Origin: Octopus sinensis
Taxonomy: Eukaryota
NCBI RefSeq assembly: GCF_006345805.1
Contig: NW_021828493.1
Location: 1 to 7,024 of the forward strand
Direction of reading: 5' to 3'
Length of the DNA stretch: 7,024 bases
Positions 1 through 7,024 of the stretch are shown here, in pieces (position 1 is the first letter of the stretch; the number at the start of each line of letters is the position of its first letter). Below the pieces are notes generated by a model. The model searched no databases, had not been told where the DNA came from, and saw only the letters and a program-made list of their open reading frames with translations. Made by a program: the position numbers and the translations under genes.

Positions 1-93
1 CTTCGCACTGTGGTCGATGTAATCGAGTTAATCCCTTTGTCTGTCCTTGTCTGTCTTCTCTGTGTTTAGCCCCTTGTGTGCAATAAAGAAATA
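1..93 (+). mobile_element. 3' end of tRNA-derived SINE family A (runs off the left edge of the window)
   Basis: GCACTGTGGTCGATGTAATCGAGTTAAT...TGTGTTTAGCCCCTTGTGTGCAATAAAGAAATA matches 4665-4753 of the + strand copy and the reverse complement of 283-375. Confidence 0.85.
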
Positions 94-164
94 TATTTTT
101 GGTTTGTGAGTGTTTGTTTCCGTCTGCTTCTCTCTCCCTCTCTTTCCCTTTCTCTCTCTTATAG

Positions 165-204
165 AAGAGGATATTCCTAGCGTCAGTTCCCCCAGTAAAC
201 CAAG
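165..204 (+). other. Candidate 40-nt micro-exon of an unidentified host gene
   Basis: Pyrimidine tract 127-160, acceptor TAG (162-164), donor AAG|GTATTT (GT at 205-206). Open in two frames: x-EDIPSVSSPSKP-x or KRIFLASVPPVNQ. Confidence 0.4.
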
Positions 205-282
205 GTATTTAGATGAGTGTCTGGCGAACGCTACTCACTGAAAATAATACAAACGGAAACAAACACTCACGCACAAAAAATA

Positions 283-878
283 TATTTCTTTATTGCCCAC
301 GATGGGCTAAACATAGAGGGGACACACAAGAACAGACATAGGTATTAAGTCGATTATATCGACCCCAGTGCGTAACTGGTACTTTATTTATCGACCCCGA
401 AAGGATGAAAGGCAAAGTCTACCCCGGCGGAATTTGAACTCAGAACTTAGCGGCAGACGAAATACCTATTTATTTACTACCCGCAAGGGGCTAAACACAC
501 AGAGGACAAACAAGGACAGACAAACGGATGAAGTCGATTATATCGACCCCATTGGGTAACCGGTACTTAATTTAAAACTGACACTGAAAGGAATAAGGCC
601 AGTCCGACCGCGACGAATTTGAACTCAGAACGTAGCGGCAGACGAAATACCTATTTCTTTACTACCCACAAGAGGCTAAACACACAGAGGACAAACAAGG
701 ACAGACAAACGGATGAAGTCGATTATATCGAACCCCATTGCGCAACTGGTACTTAATTTATCATACCCGAAAAGATGAAAGGCAAAGTCGACCTCGACGG
801 AATTTGATCTCAGAACGTAACGGCAGACGAAATACCGCAAAGCATTTCGCCCGGCGCGCTAACGATTCTGCCAGCTCA
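283..878 (-). mobile_element. tRNA-derived SINE family A: one head (837-878) plus three tandem ~185-bp bodies (652-836, 467-651, 283-466)
   Basis: Minus strand reads GAGCTGGCAGAATCGTTAGCGCGCCGGGCGAAATGC (A-box-like head). Each unit then has a B-box-like GAGTTCAAATTC, a GCCTTTCATCCTTTCGGGGTCGATAAA-type core, a GTCGATATAATCGAC hairpin and a tail ending GAAATA/AAATA. Period 184-185 bp. Homologous to 4525-4918. Confidence 0.88.
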
Positions 879-937
879 ACTGATACGGTAGCGTTCAAGA
901 AATGGCAGATGTTCTTCAAATAACTGTGGGTAAATAT

Positions 938-1586
938 GGATAGAAGCACTCCGTCGGTTACGAAGACGAGGTTTCCGGTTGATCCGAATCAACGGAACAG
1001 CCTGCCGTGAAATTAACGTGTAGTGGCTGAGCACCTCCACAGACACGTGTACCCTTAACTATTTCTCGCGATATTCAGCGTGACCAGAGAGTGACAAGGC
1101 CGGCTCTTTGAAATACAGGTACAACAGAACAGAGTAAGAGTGGGAGAAAGTTGTGGTGAGAGAGTTTAGCATGGATCACCACCATCCCCTGCCGGAGCCT
1201 CGGATGGAAGCACTCCGTCGGTTACGACGACGAGGTTCCGGTTGATCCGAATCAACGGAACTGCCTGCTCGTGAAATTAACGTGCAAGTGGCTGAGCACT
1301 CCACAACACGTGTACCCTTAACGTAGTTCTCGGGATATTCAGCGTGACACAGAGAGTGACAAGGCCGGCCCCTTGAAAATACAGGTACAAGCAGAAACAG
1401 GAATTAAGAGTGAGAGAAAGTTGTGGTTGAAAGAGTACAGCGGGATCACCACTCCCCTCGCCGGAGCCTCGTGAGCTTTATGTTTTTCGCTCAATAAACA
1501 TTCACAACGCCCGGTCTGGGAATCGAAACCGCGATCCTACGACCGCGAGTCCGCTGCCCTAACCACTGGGCCATTGTGCCTCCACA
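938..1586 (-). mobile_element. tRNA-derived SINE family B (resembles octopus OR1/OR2-type CORE SINEs) with duplicated 3' body and 13-bp TSD
   Basis: Minus-strand tRNA-like head with A box TGGCCCAGTGG (1563-1573) and B box GGTTTCGATTCCC (1518-1530). Segments 938-1201 and 1202-1470 are direct repeats. TGTGGGTAAATAT flanks both ends (925-937 and 1587-1599). The family name is tentative. Confidence 0.88.
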
Positions 1587-1802
1587 TGTGGGTAAATATA
1601 TAAAGGCATAAAACAGAGAGATGTAGGACTAGAGAAGGGCTAAGAATTCTTTCCTATAATGCCATTCAGTAAAAGTTTAAGAACGTTCTTCTTATTCTTA
1701 ATCGCAGCCGCCGCTTCCGTTTTCGTCGACGCTTTCATCTTAGTCTACGTCATCGCTGTCGTCGTACTCGTTGACGTCCAACTTGTCCTCCTTCGTCTCC
1801 CG

Positions 1803-1904
1803 CATCGTCGTCGTCCTCATCATCATCATCACCATCTTCATCATCATCATCATCATCATCACCTTCATCCACATCATCATCATCATCACCACCATCATCA
1901 TCAT

Positions 1905-1948
<44 letters not shown>

Positions 1949-1958
1949 CCACCACAAC

Positions 1959-1990
<32 letters not shown>

Positions 1991-2260
1991 CCTTCATCCA
2001 CATCATCATCATCATCATCACCATCATCATAATCATCATCATCATCATCATCATTATCATCACCTTCATAATCATCATCATCATCATCGTCATCATCATC
2101 GTGGTCATCGTCATCATCGTCATCATCATAATCATCATCATCATCATCATCGTCATCATCGTCATCATCCTCATCATCATCATCCCCATCATCATCATCA
2201 TCATCACCATCACATCCCATAATCATCATCATGTTCATCTCATCATCATCATCACCATCG

Positions 2261-2294
<34 letters not shown>

Positions 2295-2493
2295 TATCAT
2301 CACCTTCATAATCATCATCATCATCATCCTCATCATCATCATCATCATCATCATCATCGTCATCATCATAATCATCATCATCATCATCATCACACCATCG
2401 TCATCATCCCCTCATCATCATCATCATCACCATAATCATCATCATGTTCATCATCATTATCGTCGTCGTCTTCATCGTCGTCATCGTCATCAT
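1803..2493. repeat. Imperfect (CAT)n/(ATG)n trinucleotide microsatellite, ~690 bp, with a degenerate CGT-rich left flank (~1705-1815)
   Basis: Continuous CAT units interrupted by CAC, CGT, AAT, CCT, CTT and TAT variants. Accounts for the four homopolymeric ORFs in the track. Confidence 0.97.
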
Positions 2494-2821
2494 TGGTTCA
2501 AACTTGCTTATCAAAGTTTCATTGGTCACCACTAGCTGAAAGGCATATAAACCATTCACATTCTACATTTTAATTGCTAACTTAGAAGTCAAATTGATTC
2601 CAAAGTCAAAATATTTTCTTTTCACTCCGCTCGAGGTTTATCCCCAAAACATTTAAAACTTGGCTTTAAATCTTCACGTAGTTTGTTTTCCAACAATCTT
2701 TCACTGTTGATTCTTTTTATCTCAACACTTTTCCATACAACAGAAAATACATTCTTTCGGGCATCGTCTCCAAACACTAGAACATTCATGAATCTCTGAA
2801 TTTTAAGCGTATAGATTAAGC

Positions 2822-3331
2822 CTAGTATTATGACCCGGCGTTGCTGGGTCTAATTTTAGTGCTTTTTGCTCGTTGCCGGGTCGCAGTAAAAATTTCTAAC
2901 TAAATCAAGAGCTAATTTTCTTATCCCGTTTCAGCCCCGGGCCAGTTTTGTTGTTTATGAGCTAATTGGAGCTTTCTATGAGAGTAATTAATATCCATTC
3001 GACTTCGGTTTTCACACCTGGAACGGCATAATCATCGAAAATTAGCGGGACTGTGCACATATCATTAGTTGGACTAAACAGGACGCAGAAAAAATCGAGT
3101 AAAACTCGAATTTGGTCGCAAAATAACTTATGGGAAGAAAGGTTCAGTTTATCGACTTTCTAATGGCTTTCTGGGGTGACTGGGGAACTGAAAAGATCTT
3201 CACGACCACCCTCAGACAGTTTTGAAAGTTTATAGAAAATACAAGCCTTTTACGTGAAAAACAGTGGATTTGTATAAAGGACACACAGACACACAGAGAC
3301 ACTGACATTTTGCCGTTTATAGATATAGAGA
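2822..3331 (-). mobile_element. Non-autonomous Helitron-like element H1 (~510 bp)
   Basis: Minus strand begins TCTCTATATCTATAAACGGC after an A (5'-TC). It ends with a GC hairpin (plus strand GACCCGGC-GTT-GCTGGGTC, 2832-2850) a few nt before CTAG-3'. No TSD seen. The base after CTAG is G rather than the canonical T. Confidence 0.75.
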
Positions 3332-3401
3332 TATCTTACTCGTCATCAGCAAATGTTTACACAAATTGGTTTGTTGCTGCGTATTCAGTTCATGCCTTCA
3401 C

Positions 3402-3587
3402 TTATCTTTTATATTTTATCTTTAGCTTGTTTCAGTCAATTAACAGTGGTCATGCTGGGGCACCACCTTGGGAAACTTTAGTCGAAGGTGTCAACCCTTA
3501 ATTCATATTCCTGGAGCTTATTCTAATGGTCACTTCAGTCGCTTGTCTGGCAATAGTATGGGACAAACCCAGGCACAAAGACTCACG
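3402..3587. repeat. Degenerate fragment of another interspersed repeat (probably an old SINE 3' region)
   Basis: TTTTATCTTT..CTTGTTTCAGTCA..GGTCATGCTGGGGCACCACCTTG..TTTAGTCGAA resembles an abundant octopus repeat as I recall it. A weaker similar stretch occurs at ~6224-6265. Not verified by search. Confidence 0.45.
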
Positions 3588-3606
3588 TATATATATATAT
3601 ATATAT
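3588..3606. repeat. (TA)n microsatellite
   Basis: Pure TA run seen directly. Confidence 0.95.
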
Positions 3607-3911
3607 CCTTCCTTCCATGAACGACCAGGCTATCAGATGTTGCTACACATCGCTGGTCACAATGCGCTTCGCTTTGTTTTTTAGCCTTCAAATGACGCCA
3701 CCCCGCTGGCTAAGTGAGCAGGTCAACAGAAGAAAGGGTGAGAGAAAGCTGTGGGGAAAGAGTACAGCAGGGATCGCCACCAACCCCTGCCGGAGCCTCG
3801 AGGCGCTTTAGGTGTTTTCGCTCAATAAACACTCACAATGCCCGGTCTGAGAATCGATACCCCGTTCCTACGACCGCGAATCCGCTGCCCTGACCACTGG
3901 TCCATTGCGCC
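3607..3911 (-). mobile_element. SINE family B copy with the same head and core but a different 3' tail
   Basis: ~3735-3911 aligns with ~1408-1580 (GTGAGAGAAAG..GAGTACAGC..CCGGAGCCTCG..TTTTCGCTCAATAAACA..CCTACGACCGCGA..CCGCTGCCCT..CCACTGG.CCATTG). 3607-3730 is unrelated to the tail of the 938-1586 copy. Confidence 0.87.
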
Positions 3912-3912
3912 C

Positions 3913-3949
3913 ATATGTATGTATTAGTATGTATTATATGTATGTATGT

Positions 3950-3998
<49 letters not shown>

Positions 3999-4031
3999 GC
4001 ACACACACACACAATATAATATATATATAAT
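3913..4031. repeat. Compound (TATG)n/(TA)n/(CA)n microsatellite
   Basis: Seen directly; pure TA run at about 3952-3993. Confidence 0.95.
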
Positions 4032-4032
4032 A

Positions 4033-4396
4033 CTAGCAGTATCGCCCGGCGTTGCTCAGTTTGTAAGGGAAATAACTATAAAGCATTTTTAGAGAGTTAT
4101 AGCCAAAAATAGTCAAAAAATGGAAAAAAATGATGGTAAATTTTTTTTGAGATTTAAAAAAGGTGGAGTTGCGTCCCCTAGACAGTTTCTGGTTCGTGTT
4201 TCTGATTCTCGACCCCATGTCGAATTTATCGATTTTTTTCAGAACTGGGGGACTTTTCAAAATTTTCGCTGCCATTATTTTGAATTATGACATTGGGCTA
4301 TGTGTGTGTCCAGTTTCATCATCAGATCGTTGAAAGCCGTGGTCAGGTGAGGTACAAGCAAACAGACACGCAGAAACACGCACAGACAAACTGCCG

Positions 4397-4410
<14 letters not shown>
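4033..4410 (-). mobile_element. Non-autonomous Helitron-like element H2
   Basis: Plus strand A|CTAGCAGTATCGCCCGGCGTTGCTC corresponds to a minus-strand 3' hairpin plus CTAG followed by T. The far end ACAGACAAACTGCCGTTTTTATATA resembles the H1 5' end (TGCCGTTTATAGATA). The exact 5' boundary is obscured by (TA)n. Confidence 0.75.
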
Positions 4411-4437
<27 letters not shown>

Positions 4438-4440
4438 ATA
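4401..4440. repeat. (TA)n microsatellite at the H2 5' end
   Basis: Seen directly. Confidence 0.95.
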
Positions 4441-4524
4441 GGTACATATCTACGTATATACAAATAATATAATTTATTTTCCAACGTAGAGACGCCGTTA
4501 GATCAGCAGAAACATTGGTATTTA

Positions 4525-4918
4525 GGCGGTGAGCTGGCGGAAAGTTAGCACGCCGGGCGAAATGCTTAGCGGTATTTTGTCTGCGTTACGTTGTGAGTTC
4601 AAATTCCGCCGAGGTCGACTTTGCCTTTCATCCTTTCGGGGTCGATAAATTAAGTACCAGTTACGCACTGGGGTCGATGTAATCGACTTAATACCTATGT
4701 CTGTCCTTGTTTGTCCCCTCTGTGTTTAGCCCCTTGAGGGTAATAAAGAAATAAGTATTTCGTCTGTCTGTAGCGTTTGTGTGCAAATCGCGCCGAGGTA
4801 GACTTTGCCGTTCATCCTTTCGGGGACAATAAATTAAGTACCAGTTGCATACTGGAGTTAATCTAATCGACTGGCTCCCTCCCCAATAATTTTGGGCCTT
4901 TTGCCTAGAGTAGAAAAC
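4525..4918 (+). mobile_element. Full-length dimeric SINE family A with 15-bp TSD
   Basis: Head GGCGGTGAGCTGGCGGAAAGTTAGCACGCCGGGCGAAATGCTTAGC, B box GTTCAAATTCC (4597-4607). Unit 1 is 4571-4753; unit 2 is 4754-4918 with a different tail. Exact direct repeat AAACATTGGTATTTA at 4510-4524 and 4919-4933. Confidence 0.92.
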
Positions 4919-5205
4919 AAACATTGGTATTTATACACGTTGTCGCATATTTAACTTTAAAAGGTCTAAAAAGCGGATTGATTTGACTGGGGGATAATTA
5001 TCCAAATGTTAAAACTATTAACAGGAGTCATATCAAGATATATGCGTTCGAATCCCCATAGTTGTTAACAATTTTGTTACTGTCTTGTAAGAGTAATTTA
5101 TGCAACGTTTTTGCTGTTGTGTTGACTTTTCTGTGTTCAAATATAAATCATCATCTTATTTGCCTTTCTATATACAACAAATGTTCGTTTACATTTATAC
5201 ATACA

Positions 5206-5830
5206 CTAGCAGTATCGCCCGGCGTTGCTCGGGTTTGTAAGGGAAATAACTATATAAGCATTTTTAGAGAGTTATAGCCAAAAAATAGCAAAAAATGCAT
5301 TAAAAATGGAAAAAATATGATGGTAATTTTTTGAAAAATCGTTGACTCATCGTAGACATTTTAGAGAGTTACTTCCCTATATAATACCGAAAAAATGCAT
5401 AAAATGGAAAAAAACGATGTATTTTTTTTTTTAAATCGTAGACTCATGTAGACGCTTTCTTAGCCATTTCTGTTTTGGTGTCTTCAAGCCATGAAGTCGT
5501 TGTTCTAAAAGAACACTGGTCTCCTTGACAACGCATTACGACGTTGATTTCCTTACACTCCCTTCTCCACAGGTGCAGGTGTGACCATGGACGCCAACTC
5601 CGCCGCCATCGACACACGAAAAATTATGCATTAAAATGGAATAAAGATGATGTTAATTATTTTTTAAATCGTAGACTCATCGTAGACGCGCGCTAATATT
5701 CAACGGGCTTGATATGAATCACGACTATAAGCTCCCGAATTTGGTTAAACTGTACCGCAAAAATGGGAGTAGTTAGGAATCTAAATCGAAGGAACAGACA
5801 CTCAACAACTACAGTTTTATTATATATAAT
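5206..5830 (-). mobile_element. Non-autonomous Helitron-like element H3 with internal ~65-bp repeats
   Basis: A|CTAGCAGTATCGCCCGGCGTTGCTCGGG terminus with hairpin at 5218-5233. The first ~110 bp are nearly identical to H2. The far end ACAGACACTCAACAACTACAGTTTTATTATATA is similar to the other 5' ends. ATGCAT(T)AAAATGGAA..AAATCGT(A/T)GACTCAT(C)GTAGAC occurs three times (~5291-5358, ~5390-5454, ~5620-5688). Confidence 0.75.
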
Positions 5831-5856
5831 ATACATAGCGCAGTAGTGTGAGATAT

Positions 5857-6198
5857 ATGACAGCAAAGAAAGCATACATTCACTCTCTGCATGCAATTAG
5901 ACTCGGAAGTTCGTGAGGAACCCTTGACCCAATTTGCTGACTTTTCCGATAGCACACAGGTGTCAATGAATGGTTGAATGACCAAATCCAAGCTTCTCTG
6001 CTAGTTTCCTCAACAGTTACGATGATATTTTGTTCCACCAGGGTTTTCAGGATATCCTTGTCGAGTTCTACAGATCTTTCAGGATGAGGCTCGTCTTCTA
6101 GCTGTAGTTTTGGCTCGGGATTTCTGGAACCACCATTGACACTGCCTTACGCTTATTGCCCAATCCCCATATACTGCATTAATATTTCTTGTACTTTG
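5857..6198 (-). pseudogene. Decayed mariner (Tc1/mariner) transposase fragment, N-terminal HTH region to the WVPHEL linker
   Basis: Manual translation across frameshifts: TRNINAVYGDWAISVRQCQWWFQKSRA / LEDEPHPERSVELDKDILKTLVEQNIIVTVEE / LAEKLGFGHSTIH*HLCAIGKVSKLGQ / VPHEL (5907-5921) / SESNCMQRVNVC / SLLS. The motifs WF.KF..G..SLED..R.GRP, ELA..L....STI..HL..IG and WVPHEL are mariner hallmarks. No TIRs or DDD catalytic domain are visible. Confidence 0.88.
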
Positions 6199-6265
6199 CA
6201 CACATTTAATATTCTGTTATTCTTTTATATGTTTTCATCCTTGAGGTTGTGGCCATGTTGGATCA

Positions 6266-6560
6266 TGTGTGTGTGTGTGTGTGTTGTGTTGTGTGTGTCT
6301 ATCTGTCTGTCTGTCTGTATGTATATATGTATGTGTGTGAACAATAATATTTCAACAGATGTATTGCAAATGTATCTGATTGTTCTCAAGCTTCAATACT
6401 GTGTGTGTGTGTATGTGTGTGTGTGTTGTATGTATGTATATGTATGTATGTATGTATATGTATGTATGTATGTATGTGTGATGTATGTATGTGGGTGTGT
6501 GATGTAGTGTGTGTGTATGTATTTATGTATGTATGTATGTATGTATGTATGTATGTATGA
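6266..6560. repeat. Compound (TG)n/(TCTG)n/(TATG)n microsatellite with a short unique interruption (~6340-6399)
   Basis: Seen directly; source of the VC/MY-rich ORF 6136-6507. Confidence 0.95.
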
Positions 6561-6924
6561 GTGTATGTTTACTTTATTACTAATTACTCTCTTCCAAGAA
6601 CATTTTCACTCACTCTTAGCTCTTGCTTCCCATACATTTTACTCATGTACTATCAGCGTCATAGACAGAATACTTTCACTTTAGTCTTCCTCAATCACTC
6701 TGTCGCTATTTACTTTCATTTATTTTCGTTGCCCACAGTGTGTGTGCGTTTGCGTGTGGTGTAAACAGACTAAGAAAAGCATTTGACACACCCACCAGAA
6801 TGTGAGTTTTCTGTAAATTTTGTTGCTAATTGGAGTTTAAATTTTAAAACTGGACCTGGCATGACGCGATGCATTGTACTCTTAAAACTGCTAGGTAAAT
6901 TGTAATTGAAGAATCCTATATGTA

Positions 6925-6979
6925 GATTTGTATAACTCCCAAAGGGAGGCAGATAAAATCTGCCTTTTATAATAAGAGA
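6925..6979 (-). mobile_element. Probable 5' terminus of a fourth Helitron-like element (3' end not found; left boundary unknown)
   Basis: Minus strand A|TCTCTTATTATAAAAGGCAG parallels the H1 start A|TCTCTATATCTATAAACGGCAA. Confidence 0.5.
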
Positions 6980-7024
6980 TATATATATGTATGAATATAC
7001 GACGGGATTCTTACAGTTTCTGTG

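Larger units (their letters stand above)
1..375. repeat. Long inverted repeat: arms 1-123 and 253-375, loop 124-252
   Basis: By manual alignment, the reverse complement of 1-123 matches 253-375 without gaps at about 105/123 positions. The inner 30 bp (94-123 / 253-282) lie outside the SINE unit seen in the other copies. Confidence 0.9.

Noticed and set aside
283-836. Regular repeats resembling a CRISPR array
   Set aside because: Whole ~185-bp units repeat with no unique spacers; no cas genes; eukaryotic context.
368-949. ORFs 368-559, 738-923 and 761-949 (also 4688-4924) with similar peptides
   Set aside because: Translations of SINE family A units; the similarity reflects the repeat, not a gene family.
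1505-1582. tRNA gene-like sequence (also 3838-3911 and 4525-4610)
   Set aside because: A and B boxes are present but run straight into SINE cores, and two of the three copies have TSDs; these are SINE heads, not tRNA genes.
1659-2535. Poly-His, poly-Asp, poly-Met and poly-Ile ORFs (could suggest His-rich beak or acidic biomineral proteins)
   Set aside because: All are readings of one (CAT)n microsatellite that lacks stops in most frames; frame-breaking indels occur and there is no non-repetitive domain.
4312-4325. Minus-strand CTGATGATGAAAC resembling a hammerhead ribozyme core (also CTGATGA near 3343-3349)
   Set aside because: No stem II between CUGAUGA and GAAA, and no suitable stems or GAAA partner at the second site.
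4033-4484. Adjacent minus-strand ORFs 4033-4275 and 4275-4484
   Set aside because: They lie in a non-autonomous Helitron-like element and a TA run; no Rep/helicase motifs.
5046-5056. Isolated B-box-like GTTCGAATCCC
   Set aside because: No convincing A box or cloverleaf upstream; chance match or unrecognisably decayed SINE head.
6136-6507. 123-aa Cys/Val/Met/Tyr-rich ORF
   Set aside because: Produced by TG/TATG microsatellites; its start overlaps the antisense mariner remnant.

Overview
Repeat-dense eukaryotic non-coding DNA, probably intronic or intergenic. The repeat families look like those of an octopus/cephalopod genome (recognised from memory, not from a search). There is no intact protein-coding gene. 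The window holds two tRNA-derived SINE families (five copies or fragments; two have clear 13- and 15-bp target-site duplications and three have internally repeated 3' bodies). It also holds three short non-autonomous Helitron-like elements plus a fourth 5' end, all on the minus strand, a frameshifted mariner transposase remnant (HTH region to the VPHEL motif), a ~690-bp (CAT)n microsatellite that generates the poly-His/Asp/Met/Ile ORFs, and several TA/TG/TATG microsatellites. Two structures stand out. (i) A 123-bp ungapped inverted repeat (1-123 / 253-375) extends beyond the SINE tail, and its loop contains a candidate 40-nt micro-exon with canonical splice signals. (ii) SINEs are built as one Pol III head plus several 3' bodies, which in one family always rejoin at the same point in the loop of the head hairpin.
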